Notes under the pieces: model-generated
Told to the model about the DNA's origin: nothing
The model's database searches: none
What the model saw: only the letters and a program-made list of their open reading frames with translations
Origin: an uncultured bacterium
GTDB lineage: Bacteria > Fidelibacterota > Marinisomatia > Marinisomatales > UBA1611
Assembly (NCBI GenBank): GCA_965660855.1
Contig: CBFIBM010000013.1
Coordinates: forward strand, 1 to 52,720
Direction: 5' to 3'
DNA: 52,720 nt
Program-made: the position numbers and the translations under genes
Shown here: positions 18,485 to 28,926 of the stretch, one piece after another
Layout: each line of letters starts with the position of its first letter
How positions within the stretch are numbered: position 1 is the stretch's first letter

Positions 18485-21465
18485 AAAATACATTTTTATT
18501 AATAATATTTTTCCTATCATTTGTATTCAGTCAAGATCTTTGTGAACCATTAGATCTCAATACACAAAATTCAAATGGTTCATTACTTTTTAATTGGAAA
18601 GATATTTTATCGGAGGAACCTAATAATAACCTTTTTTTAGAATGTTTTACAGAATGCAGTGTTCCTGCTACAGCCTCTATAACGCATTTAACTGATAATA
18701 ACAGTGGAGGGTGGTTTAGAGATAGACTTGGATCAGAGTATTGCTTTTTTGGATATGATTGTGATCTAGACCCCTCAAATATTGCATATTCAGCTGTTGC
18801 AGCTTGGTCTAATGAAAATACTCCTATTGATAGCAGAATGATATTTGGACCATTTGAAATTACTTCTGATTCAATTCAATTAGAGTTTCTTGAAGCTTAC
18901 ATTGATCCAGAGTATCAAGTAGATGAAAATCTAGTTGAAATTTCAATTGATTCTGGAGAAAATTGGGAAACAATTCTGATTTCCAGTGGTGAGAGTGTTG
19001 GAACAAATTGGAAAAATTCTTTAGTTAGTCTTAATGATTATAATGGTGAAACTATTCATATAAGTTTTAGATATATTTGTTCTCAGGGTTTTACTGAGGC
19101 TTGGCTTGTCGATCAAGTTGGCATTTATAGAGGTGATTCACCGGAACTTGTATTTTTTAATGGTATTAACCAATATACAGATAATGATTTTTTAAATAAT
19201 TTAAATTATATTAACAGAGATGAAATTATAAATAAAGCTTCTGAAAAAAGAGTTGATAGAAGTATTTTTAAGCCAGAAAATTTTTTGCCATCCGTTCAAA
19301 CTCAATATGCATCTAAATTATCCAATAATATTATTTCCAATAATCGTACTTGTTCTGACCCTGATAATGAAACTGAAATAACTCTAATCGTAACAGAGGG
19401 TCAATATCCATCCGAGATAACTTGGGTTCTCTCTGATTCTATTGGACAAGAAATTTTAACAGGAGTTGCCCCAGAGAGTTTAGTTACATGTATTCCAAAT
19501 GGATTTTATACCTTGACGGGATATGATAGTTATGGAGATGGTTGGAATGATGCTGTATTAACTATAGAAGACGTTAATAATGATTTGGTATTCTTAAATT
19601 ATAGTTTAAATCAAGGTGCGGAAGGTTCAGATTATTTTTATTTAGGTATCAATCCTGGATGTACAGATCCGACTGCAAGTAATTATGATTCATTTGCAAA
19701 TGTAGATGATGGATCTTGCAGTTATGAGAATTGTACTAACAATGAAGTATTCGTTTATTGTTCTCCTGGAGATTGGCCATCTGAAGTTAGCTGGGAAATT
19801 CAAGACTCAATTGGAATTTCTGTTGCAGCTGGAGTAACGGATGATCCACAAGCTTTATGCCTTGAAAATGGCACTTATACTGTTATAGGTTACGATTCAT
19901 GGGGGGATGGTTGGAATGGTGCTGTGATTACCATTACCGATTCTCAAGGAAATATATTGACCTCATTTACTTTTGATAATGGTACGCAATATTTTGAAAC
20001 TTTTTTTATAGGACCAACTCTGGGTTGTACAGATCCAACAGCTGTAAATTTTAATCCCCTAGCAAATGAAGATGATGGTAGTTGTATATATCGTAATTGT
20101 TATAGTAAAACAGGTTATATTGTTTACCTAGATCAAGACTCAGTTGGTTTCACAAATCTTAATTATTTTATTTTTGATACCCTTGATGTAGGTAAAGAAT
20201 ATGAATTAGGTGTTTCAGCTGTATATGAAGGAGGTATGTCCTCAATTTCTAGTATTAGTGCGGTTCCATGGAATAACGTCCAATTTTATCCATTCATAGT
20301 AGAAATGGATACTTTAGTAAATAATTATTTATTACATCAAGAATTTTCAATTTTTGTAAATGAAGACTTTTTCTTTACAACACCATTTAAAATTGAATCC
20401 TCAAACATGTTAAATGTTGATGATAATTCTTATCACTTTAGATCACAATTTAATACAGATGATTTTACGAATATGTATGATCCAAGTGGCCTTTTTGGAG
20501 GACTATGGACAATTAGTGATGCAACTGGGGCGAGTTCTAATTTTTTTGAATTTGACCCTTCATTAGATAGTTCTCGTTTTGCGTTTATTAATGATGATGC
20601 AATTGGTTCTGCTGGTGGTGCACAAAGTGCCTATCTAATAACTGAAGAAATATCAATAACTCAAAATGATAAGGTCTTTTTGACAATGGATCTATTTTTC
20701 CCACAGTTTTATGGCTCTTGTACTTCGCCTGATGCTGGAATTAATGGAGAAGGATTCAGCGAAGATCTTTTTTTAATGATCTCATTTGATTTTGGTGGAA
20801 ATTGGATTATCATTGACTCTACAATGTCCACAGGTTTTAATTGGGAATCAAAAATGTACGATATAACTGAATCTGTATTTGGAGAAACATCTTTTATTGC
20901 TGCATTATATTACACCGATTGTAATGGGAATTGGTCTCTGGGGGTAGGTGCTGATAATTTTACTGTCCATATTGCTGATGATAATGAAATCGTAGCCGTT
21001 AATCCTTACGCTGGATGGATAGATGCAGGATATAATATGCCTGTTGATATTAGTATATTAAATAATCAAGGGAATTATGGTGATATGACTCTTGATTTAA
21101 CTGCGGCGTTCGAAACTCTTTCCATACCAGTTGTTCATGGTGCTTCACTAAGTGTAAACGATAATTATTATTTTGAAAGTATACCACAAGAATTTTCTCT
21201 AAAACAAAACTATCCGAATCCTTTTAATCCAAATACATCTATCGATTTTAGTGTCCCTAAGCAATCTTTTATGAGTATAACAATTTATGATATTCTTGGA
21301 AGGGAAGTGAAAGAATTATTCAATGGGGTTAAGGATTCTGGATATTATACAATTAGTTGGAATGGAACAGATAACCTGAGTAATTCAGTAGGAACGGGTA
21401 TGTATTTTTATGTTTTAGAATCTGATAACTTCAGAATGGTGAAGAAAATGGCATTTTTAAAATAA
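18481..21465 (+). CDS. Secreted multidomain adhesin-like protein (cleaved-adhesin-like domains, GCTD repeats) with a T9SS-like CTD
   Basis: ATGA overlap with the upstream gene; signal peptide; two GYDS.GDGWN/GCTDPTA.N....AN.DDGSC units; QNYPNPFNP tail. Confidence 0.82.
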   Translation: MKNTFLLIIFFLSFVFSQDLCEPLDLNTQNSNGSLLFNWKDILSEEPNNNLFLECFTECSVPATASITHLTDNNSGGWFRDRLGSEYCFFGYDCDLDPSNIAYSAVAAWSNENTPIDSRMIFGPFEITSDSIQLEFLEAYIDPEYQVDENLVEISIDSGENWETILISSGESVGTNWKNSLVSLNDYNGETIHISFRYICSQGFTEAWLVDQVGIYRGDSPELVFFNGINQYTDNDFLNNLNYINRDEIINKASEKRVDRSIFKPENFLPSVQTQYASKLSNNIISNNRTCSDPDNETEITLIVTEGQYPSEITWVLSDSIGQEILTGVAPESLVTCIPNGFYTLTGYDSYGDGWNDAVLTIEDVNNDLVFLNYSLNQGAEGSDYFYLGINPGCTDPTASNYDSFANVDDGSCSYENCTNNEVFVYCSPGDWPSEVSWEIQDSIGISVAAGVTDDPQALCLENGTYTVIGYDSWGDGWNGAVITITDSQGNILTSFTFDNGTQYFETFFIGPTLGCTDPTAVNFNPLANEDDGSCIYRNCYSKTGYIVYLDQDSVGFTNLNYFIFDTLDVGKEYELGVSAVYEGGMSSISSISAVPWNNVQFYPFIVEMDTLVNNYLLHQEFSIFVNEDFFFTTPFKIESSNMLNVDDNSYHFRSQFNTDDFTNMYDPSGLFGGLWTISDATGASSNFFEFDPSLDSSRFAFINDDAIGSAGGAQSAYLITEEISITQNDKVFLTMDLFFPQFYGSCTSPDAGINGEGFSEDLFLMISFDFGGNWIIIDSTMSTGFNWESKMYDITESVFGETSFIAALYYTDCNGNWSLGVGADNFTVHIADDNEIVAVNPYAGWIDAGYNMPVDISILNNQGNYGDMTLDLTAAFETLSIPVVHGASLSVNDNYYFESIPQEFSLKQNYPNPFNPNTSIDFSVPKQSFMSITIYDILGREVKELFNGVKDSGYYTISWNGTDNLSNSVGTGMYFYVLESDNFRMVKKMAFLK
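19372..20090 (+). repeat. Intragenic tandem duplication of a ~122-aa (366-nt) module
   Basis: GCTDPTA is encoded at 19657 and 20023 (offset 366 nt). PSE(I/V)(T/S)W, GYDS.GDGWN and DDGSC each occur twice. Confidence 0.85.
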
Positions 21466-22847
21466 ACAAATATCATAGTCTTTTTTTACTAATCTATATA
21501 TTCTTTTTTATTTTTTCATTTCCCTTTGCTCAAAATGATCATTTCATAAAAAGTGTCGATATTTCAATGCTAAATAGAGTTGAAGACAGTGGAGCTGTCT
21601 TCTACGAAGATTCTGACCAAGTTGATCCAGTAGTAATTTTGAAACAATATGGTATTAATACAGTTCGTTTAAGACTTTGGCACAATCCTATTGAAGGATA
21701 TAGTAACTTAAATGATGTCCTTTCTTCTGCTGAGAGAGCTAAAAGTGAAAGTCTAGATTTAATTTTAGATTTTCATTATTCAGATACATGGGCAGATCCG
21801 GCTAATCAGGAAAAGCCTATTGCTTGGCAGGGTATTCCTTTCCAAGTTTTATGTGACAGTATAGAGCTATACTCACAACATGTTATCTCAAAATTAAAAC
21901 AACAGAATACTCTCCCTAGATATGTGCAAATCGGTAATGAAACAGATTGCGGTATTTTGTGGCCAGAAGGTTATGTTTGTGATAGCTCAGATAATGAATT
22001 TCAATGGGGACAATTAAAAAAATTATATAGACATGCTATTAAGGGTATTAATCAACCCTTATTTGATAATGATACTTTAAAAATCATATCGCATGTTAGT
22101 CATAATGGTTCCTGGTATTTTAATAATCTCATTGGTGATAGTTTAGATTTTGATGTACTCGCAATTTCCTATTATCCTATGTGGCATGGTTCATTGAATG
22201 ATTTAAATGAAGATATAAATTATTTATCAATTCAATTTCAAAAGCCCATATTAATCGCAGAAACAGCATATCCTTTTACTCTTAACTGGAATGATAATAT
22301 TAATAATATTTTAGGTTTAGAATCACAACTTCTGGAAGGTTATAATGCAAGCGAGATAGGTCAGTTTCTATTTATTCAAGATGTTATAACATTAATAAAA
22401 AATAATAATTTTGGATTAGGCATCAGCTATTGGGCTCCGGAGTGGATTTCGACAGATACATATGGAAGCTCATGGGAGAATCAAGCTCTTTTTGATTTTG
22501 ATGGTGAAATACTTGATGGAGCACAAGCATTTAGTGATCATAATGTGTCTATGAAGTTAGAAAAAACAAATGGATCAAATGTAATTAATAATGTACCAAA
22601 CCCGTTTAATCCATTTACTTATATAAAGTATGAAGTTCAAGAGAGATCTGATATAAATATTACTATATATAATATATTAGGCAATACTATAAAAAATTTA
22701 TTGAATGAAAATCAAAACTCTGGAATTAAAATGATTAAATGGGATTCTACCGATAACCAAAATAATCCAGTATCATCAGGAGTATATTTTTATAAAATTA
22801 TTCTTGGGGATAAAACATATACAAAGAAGATGTTACTGCTGAATTGA
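21462..22847 (+). CDS. GH53 arabinogalactan endo-1,4-beta-galactanase with a T9SS-like CTD (start probably upstream of the first ATG at 21567)
   Basis: VRLRLWHNP, DFHYSDTWADP, VQIGNE (acid/base) and IAETAY (nucleophile), SYYP.WHG. The in-frame upstream sequence encodes a signal peptide and FIKSVDIS. Confidence 0.9.
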   Translation: MNKYHSLFLLIYIFFFIFSFPFAQNDHFIKSVDISMLNRVEDSGAVFYEDSDQVDPVVILKQYGINTVRLRLWHNPIEGYSNLNDVLSSAERAKSESLDLILDFHYSDTWADPANQEKPIAWQGIPFQVLCDSIELYSQHVISKLKQQNTLPRYVQIGNETDCGILWPEGYVCDSSDNEFQWGQLKKLYRHAIKGINQPLFDNDTLKIISHVSHNGSWYFNNLIGDSLDFDVLAISYYPMWHGSLNDLNEDINYLSIQFQKPILIAETAYPFTLNWNDNINNILGLESQLLEGYNASEIGQFLFIQDVITLIKNNNFGLGISYWAPEWISTDTYGSSWENQALFDFDGEILDGAQAFSDHNVSMKLEKTNGSNVINNVPNPFNPFTYIKYEVQERSDINITIYNILGNTIKNLLNENQNSGIKMIKWDSTDNQNNPVSSGVYFYKIILGDKTYTKKMLLLN

Positions 22848-22853
22848 GGTATT

Positions 22854-23303
22854 ATGTCCAATTATACAGTTATCAATTATGAACCTAAATATTTTGAAAA
22901 TTGTCTCGATATAGCAACAAGTAATACTCACAAGTATATAGATCCCAGTGAATTAATATTATATAGAAAATTTCTTGAAGAAAAGAAGTTGTATTTTGTT
23001 TTAATGAAAAAATCAAAAATTATTGCATGTGGAGGATATGCTTTTAACAAACTAAAAAATATAGTTGGATTAACATGGGGTCTCGTGCATAAGGAATATC
23101 ACCGTCAGGGCATTGGCAGCTTTTTACTAGAATATAGGATAAGTGAAATCAGGGATAAATACCCAAAGTCTATAATTATCCTTGATACAAGTCAACATAC
23201 TCATAAGTTTTATAAAAAGTATGGATTCAATACTACAAATATAATTAAGCATGGATACGGAAAAAATCTTGATAAACATAAAATGCAATTGCGATTATGT
23301 TAA
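22854..23303 (+). CDS. GNAT-family N-acetyltransferase
   Basis: Acetyl-CoA motif VHKEYHRQGIGSFLL and FYKKYGF. Confidence 0.88.
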   Translation: MSNYTVINYEPKYFENCLDIATSNTHKYIDPSELILYRKFLEEKKLYFVLMKKSKIIACGGYAFNKLKNIVGLTWGLVHKEYHRQGIGSFLLEYRISEIRDKYPKSIIILDTSQHTHKFYKKYGFNTTNIIKHGYGKNLDKHKMQLRLC

Positions 23304-23462
23304 AACGTAATTTTAATAATAAACCAGAATAAATTTAGGGTTTAAATAATATTTAGAAAATTCAAACTGCCTACATTCAACAATAAAAGAATGATTATTG
23401 TAAAATAAATTATATATATTTCAGCTGAAAATTTCATAAGTATAATGCATATCCCACTTCAA

Positions 23463-24605
23463 ATGAATTTAAAATTATTTACCCTTTTTCTAATTATTTT
23501 AATATCATGTGATCAGAATAAAAGTCATAACAATTATACAGAAAAAAATATTCTAGATCATAAAAATAAATTTTTTGAAAAATATCTTTTAGATCTTCAA
23601 ATGAATAGAAAGAGGGAGATGGACAATAAAAAAATTAATATTTCTGATATGGAAATGAAATTTGATATCAAATTTTTTGGGGAGAAGCCTGAAAATGGAT
23701 GGGAATTATATTTTTCTCTACATGGGGGAGGTCAAACTGAAGATTCGGTTAATGAAAATGCATGGATTAGACACAAAACTTTATACAAACTAAAAAATGG
23801 AATTTTATTAACACCACGGTCACCTACAAATACATGGAATATGTGGCATCAAGATCATATAGATTTATTTTTTAATAGATTAATACAAAATATGATAGCT
23901 TTTTATGGTGTGAATTCAGATCGAATTTATCTTATGGGATATTCCGCAGGCGGTGATGGTGTTTATCAAATAGCACCAAGAATGGCAGATAGGTTTGCAG
24001 CAGCAGCTATGATGGCTGGTCATCCAAATGATGCTAGCCCATTAAACTTACGTAATATTGGCTTTACACTTTTTATGGGTGGGCAAGATTCAGCTTATAA
24101 TCGTAATGGTGTTGCTATTGAGTGGAGAGATAGATTAAAAATATTAAAAGATAATGACTTTGATGGTTATGATCATCATGTTGAAATTTATGAAGACAAA
24201 GGGCATTGGATGGGGGGGCTAGATACCTCAGCAATATCATGGCTTTATAAATATACAAGAGATCCGTACCCTGCTAAAGTTATTTGGAGACAGGATGATA
24301 TCTTGCAAGAAAGATTTTATTGGTTGAAAGTTGAGAACCCTGAAGCTTACTCGGAAATAATTGCAAAAATATATGATCAAACTATCACTATTGAAGAATC
24401 TTCTGTTCCTAATTTTATTATTCAATTAAACGATGAATTAGTAAATATGAATCAACTAGTTAAAGTTAAATACAAGGACAAAATAATTTTTGAAGGTATG
24501 GTAAAAAGAGACAAAAGTGTATTGGAGAATTCCCTAAAAGAATACGGAGATCCAAATTCTTTTTATTATGGTGAAATTCCAATATCTATCACTTTAAAAA
24601 AATAA
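23463..24605 (+). CDS. Alpha/beta-hydrolase (esterase-like) lipoprotein
   Basis: SLHGGG oxyanion motif, GYSAGG nucleophile elbow, GGQD, GHWM. Lipobox LISC with the start at the second Met (23463). Confidence 0.82.
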   Translation: MNLKLFTLFLIILISCDQNKSHNNYTEKNILDHKNKFFEKYLLDLQMNRKREMDNKKINISDMEMKFDIKFFGEKPENGWELYFSLHGGGQTEDSVNENAWIRHKTLYKLKNGILLTPRSPTNTWNMWHQDHIDLFFNRLIQNMIAFYGVNSDRIYLMGYSAGGDGVYQIAPRMADRFAAAAMMAGHPNDASPLNLRNIGFTLFMGGQDSAYNRNGVAIEWRDRLKILKDNDFDGYDHHVEIYEDKGHWMGGLDTSAISWLYKYTRDPYPAKVIWRQDDILQERFYWLKVENPEAYSEIIAKIYDQTITIEESSVPNFIIQLNDELVNMNQLVKVKYKDKIIFEGMVKRDKSVLENSLKEYGDPNSFYYGEIPISITLKK

Positions 24606-24624
24606 TTTATTTTAATGGTAAAAT

Positions 24625-25062
24625 ATGTATAAGATATTATTTGTTTGTACTGCAAATATTTATAGAAGTCGTTTTAGCGAAGAGGTATACAATCATATAG
24701 CTATTAAAAATAATTTATCTACCCGAGCTTTTTCAGCTGGATTGATGGTTGGCTCTTATAAAACTAGAAAGATTTATAAACCAGCTTTAGAAGAGCTTAA
24801 TCGGTTAAATATAAAACCTATAAGAGCAGAAGAATATTCAATTCATTTAGACGATGTTGATCTTCATAATTATAATATGATAATTTGTATGGATGAGGAA
24901 GAGCACAAGCCAATGGTTGAGTTAAATTCTAATCTGGATCCATTAAATGTATTGTATTGGAATATAGTTGATGAACCATTAGTCTCAAGTTACGTTTCAT
25001 TACCTAAGTGTTATGAAAAAATTCAAGACCTGATTCGTATAGTAAGTGATAAAATCAAATAA
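24625..25062 (+). CDS. Low-molecular-weight protein tyrosine phosphatase family protein
   Basis: ILFVCTANIYRS (CX5R P-loop), SAG, IICMD, WNIVD. Confidence 0.88.
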   Translation: MYKILFVCTANIYRSRFSEEVYNHIAIKNNLSTRAFSAGLMVGSYKTRKIYKPALEELNRLNIKPIRAEEYSIHLDDVDLHNYNMIICMDEEEHKPMVELNSNLDPLNVLYWNIVDEPLVSSYVSLPKCYEKIQDLIRIVSDKIK

Positions 25063-25217
25063 ATTAATTATACAATCAAATTTGTTGATTAACTTTTTTT
25101 TATCAAAATAATTGCAAATAGTACTTATAATCTTCAAATTCAAATTGGTATATATACTTTTTATAAAAAAATAAAAATAATTAGTAATTATATTCATAAT
25201 AGAAACTGGAGGAACCT

Positions 25218-28200
25218 ATGAGAACTTTTTCATTCACTTTTCTTTTAATATCATTTGTTTTTTCTGCAACAATTTATGTTCCTGGAGATTATTCAACGAT
25301 ACAATTAGGTATCAATGCATCTAATGATGGTGATACGGTTTTAGTTTCAGAAGGGATTTATTATGAAACATTATATTTAGATAAGGAAATTACTTTAGCA
25401 AGTAATGCAATTATGGATGATATGGATGAAAATTGGTCAGAAAATATGAGCATCCATCAAACAATAATAAGTGCATCAGAAGAGCCAGCAAACTCTAGTT
25501 ATGGAAGTTGTTTGGTTATAGAAGGTGGTAATATCAATCCAACAATTTTAGGTTTCACATTTCAAGACGGAGCCGGAACAAAAATGAAAAAAACTGCATG
25601 TGGAATTGATATAAATTCAAGATCAGGTGGAGCGATTTTATTATATAAAGCATATCCCACCATCACCTACAATAGATTTATTAATAATGGTCAAACTTTT
25701 AGTGCTGGAACAAATAATACTGGTAATTCTGTCAATGATGGCGGTGCTATTGGATTATATGATGACGAGGATGTTGAATTTGATGAAGACAGATCAAGAT
25801 TAAGTGGCAGCGATCGCTTGACTAGAACCATTCCAGATACACTTAATATTACTAATAATTATTTCGAAGGTAATAGCAGTGGAAATGGAGAAAGTTTTTA
25901 CTGTCATGGTTTTGATGGAGCAATTAATATTAGTGGAAGTATTTTTGAAAATATGGATTGTGAAACATCAAGTGTAAATGAATTTGTTTTAAAATCTATT
26001 GATGATAATGCAGATTATGTACAATTAAATATCTCTGGTAATTGCATTGAAAATAATACTGTTTATGTATCAAGTCAGTTGGGAGATGATAGTAATACAG
26101 GAACAGAGTCACAGCCCCTAAAAACAATCAGAAAAGCTCTTTCTTTTGTGAAAAATCAAGCTGAAATAACCACTACTATTTACGTTGGTGAGGGTACCTA
26201 TTCACCCCAAGAAAATGGTGAAATTTTTCCAATTGTATTACCTGACAATGTCCATTTGTTAGGAAGTAATAGAACAACTACTATATTAGATGCACAAGCA
26301 AACCAGCAAAAAGAAGCTGCAGTAATGATAATCCCTGAATGTGAAAATGTTAAAGTAGCAAATTTTACTTTGACAGGTGGTTATTCGGAGGGACATGGTT
26401 GCTCTGGCGGTGGTGGGTTACTAGTAACTGCTAATGACATGGATAATGAAGATAATTATGATATAAGGGAGAATCAAGCGATCATTGAAAATTTAATTGT
26501 TGAAGATAATCATTCCCATAATGGAGGAGGTATTTCATTTTGGCGAATTAATGGTGCAACGATGAATAATGTTATCTCTAGAAATAATATTGCAACATTT
26601 AATGGTGGTGGAATATTTGTTTATTGTTCAGTGATGGATATGGAGAATATCGAATCTTCTAATAATGAATTATTAGGTTATAATTTTGGATTTGGTAATA
26701 TGGCTCATGGTGGTGGACTTATGCTTGCTGGTCTAATTGATGGAACAATTGAAAATGCTGTTATATCAAATAACACAGCACTTATTGGTGGTGGGATTTT
26801 TACTACAGGATCATTTAATACATGGACAATGAGTAATTCCTTAATAAGTGAAAATATAGCTTCCTATCAAGGTGGAGGAATTGAATTTGTTGATAACGCT
26901 TCTCCAACATTAATAAATGTTACCTTTGATGAGAATGTTGCTTTTGACAAAGGAGGTGGTGCTTTATCTATTGGTACGACTACTCCAGTTTTTGAAAATT
27001 GTACCATCACAAATAATTCAGCACCAAATGGTGATGGTGGAGGTGCATTTATTTTTAACGAGTGGAATTGGTTTGCAAATCAAAATTTAGTGGGATCTTA
27101 TCCAATATTTAATAATTGTTTTTTTGAAGGTAATACCTCAATTGATGGCGCTGCTGTAGGTTATGGTAAACCTGGACTCTGGGGACCACCAGATGGAGCA
27201 ACTTTTTTCCGCAATATTTTAGTAAATAATCAATCTTCAAATTACTGTGGTGGTATAAATATTAATGGTGGAAGTAGTGAAATCATTAATTGTACAATCA
27301 TAAATAATCCTAATGGAAATAATGTAAATGGATCCGGTGGCGTCGATGTCGCATTCTCTGGTATTGCAAGAATTATTAATACTATTATTAGAGGGAATTC
27401 CAACTTTTACGGAGCTGAAGTACTTGCATATAATAGTGCAGTTTTTACCTCGTTTAATAATATTGAGAATATTGGAAATTCTGGAACTGAAAATATTGAT
27501 GAAGATCCATTATTTTATGATCCTGAAAATTTAGATTTTAGATTAAGTCCAGATTCACCATGCGTTGATGCAGGTAGTTCTAATATGGGAGCTTTTAGTA
27601 TAGATGATTTAATAGATTATGATGGTTCTGCGCCAGATATTGGAGCAATAGAAGGAGGGGTATTACCATCAATTACGGGCTTTGTATTATACCCGCAGAC
27701 GAACTCAGTTATATTAACATGGAATCCTGTCACTGATGTAGAAGTTGAATATTATGTAATTGAAAGATCGTTAAATCAAGATTTCATGAATACAGATTCA
27801 ATACAAATACAAATTACAAATTCAAATTATTTTGAAGATACTGAATTGGTGTATGATGTTAATATGTTTTACCGTGTATCGTACTACTATGGAATACAAA
27901 GTGAATATTCAGATATAATATCAGTTTCAGTGGAATGGTTAGATAATCAAAATGAGGTATCTTTACCATTTGAATTTAAATTACACCAAAATTATCCTAA
28001 TCCTTTTAATCCAACAACGAAAATTAATTATGATATACCTTTTAATAGCTCGGTAAGTATAGTAATAAATGATATTAAAGGCTCTGAAGTTAAGCTATTA
28101 ATTAATAAAGACCATGCTCCTGGTAGATATAGTTTAGTGTGGGATGGAACAAATAATAACGGTGATAAAGTTGCAGCAGGAATGTACTTTTATAAAATAC

Positions 28201-28247
28201 ATTCTGGAAACTTTACATCGATGGAGAAAATGATCTTTTTAAAATAG
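25218..28247 (+). CDS. Secreted right-handed beta-helix / DUF1565-like protein with an FN3-like domain and a T9SS-like CTD
   Basis: VPGDYSTIQ..I....DGDTVLV..G.Y.E; GDDSNTGTESQPLKTI; many N.A..GGG(I/A) coils; DFRLSPDSPCVDAG; QNYPNPFNP tail; RBS GGAGG. Confidence 0.85.
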   Translation: MRTFSFTFLLISFVFSATIYVPGDYSTIQLGINASNDGDTVLVSEGIYYETLYLDKEITLASNAIMDDMDENWSENMSIHQTIISASEEPANSSYGSCLVIEGGNINPTILGFTFQDGAGTKMKKTACGIDINSRSGGAILLYKAYPTITYNRFINNGQTFSAGTNNTGNSVNDGGAIGLYDDEDVEFDEDRSRLSGSDRLTRTIPDTLNITNNYFEGNSSGNGESFYCHGFDGAINISGSIFENMDCETSSVNEFVLKSIDDNADYVQLNISGNCIENNTVYVSSQLGDDSNTGTESQPLKTIRKALSFVKNQAEITTTIYVGEGTYSPQENGEIFPIVLPDNVHLLGSNRTTTILDAQANQQKEAAVMIIPECENVKVANFTLTGGYSEGHGCSGGGGLLVTANDMDNEDNYDIRENQAIIENLIVEDNHSHNGGGISFWRINGATMNNVISRNNIATFNGGGIFVYCSVMDMENIESSNNELLGYNFGFGNMAHGGGLMLAGLIDGTIENAVISNNTALIGGGIFTTGSFNTWTMSNSLISENIASYQGGGIEFVDNASPTLINVTFDENVAFDKGGGALSIGTTTPVFENCTITNNSAPNGDGGGAFIFNEWNWFANQNLVGSYPIFNNCFFEGNTSIDGAAVGYGKPGLWGPPDGATFFRNILVNNQSSNYCGGININGGSSEIINCTIINNPNGNNVNGSGGVDVAFSGIARIINTIIRGNSNFYGAEVLAYNSAVFTSFNNIENIGNSGTENIDEDPLFYDPENLDFRLSPDSPCVDAGSSNMGAFSIDDLIDYDGSAPDIGAIEGGVLPSITGFVLYPQTNSVILTWNPVTDVEVEYYVIERSLNQDFMNTDSIQIQITNSNYFEDTELVYDVNMFYRVSYYYGIQSEYSDIISVSVEWLDNQNEVSLPFEFKLHQNYPNPFNPTTKINYDIPFNSSVSIVINDIKGSEVKLLINKDHAPGRYSLVWDGTNNNGDKVAAGMYFYKIHSGNFTSMEKMIFLK

Positions 28248-28289
28248 TAGGTCCTGATTTATAATCAAGTCAGTTAAAGTTATATACAT

Positions 28290-28832
28290 ATGGTCCCATT
28301 AAAAAAACTTTTAGAAGATTACAAAGTTAGATACCCAGATGATGGCACTATTAATAGGGTTTTAAGTTTTTTAGAATACAGCGGATCCATCGATGAAAAT
28401 GATACTAATGGACATTTTACAGGATCAGCTTGGATTGTTAACTCACAGATGAATCATGTTCTTATGACTCATCATAAAAAATTAAATATGTGGCTTCAGC
28501 TTGGGGGACACTCAAATGGTGAAATTGACTTATTAAAAGTTGCAATTAGGGAGGCAAAAGAGGAATCAGGGCTTCAAAATTTCACTACAATAAGTCATGA
28601 AATTTTTGATATAGATATACATATTATTCCCAGCCAAATAGATCTAGAATCACACACACATTATGATATTCGCTTTCTATTGATTACTTCAATGAATAAA
28701 TCTGAGATTAAAATCAGTGACGAATCTCATAAAGTTGAATGGATTCCGCTAGATAGGGTTCTTGATTATAATTCTGAAGAATCAATTAAAAGAATGGTAG
28801 AAAAAACATATTTATTAAAAAATAATAATTAA
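28290..28832 (+). CDS. NUDIX hydrolase
   Basis: GHFTGSAW, WLQLGGH and the Nudix box ...AIREAKEESG; HYDIRF. Confidence 0.9.
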   Translation: MVPLKKLLEDYKVRYPDDGTINRVLSFLEYSGSIDENDTNGHFTGSAWIVNSQMNHVLMTHHKKLNMWLQLGGHSNGEIDLLKVAIREAKEESGLQNFTTISHEIFDIDIHIIPSQIDLESHTHYDIRFLLITSMNKSEIKISDESHKVEWIPLDRVLDYNSEESIKRMVEKTYLLKNNN

Positions 28833-28926
28833 ATATAGAGCTAATAGAATCATGAATAATATTCAGTATAACAATTTGCTGAATTAATTTTCAAGCTATA
28901 GTATAATATTCATAGGAGTAAAATTT

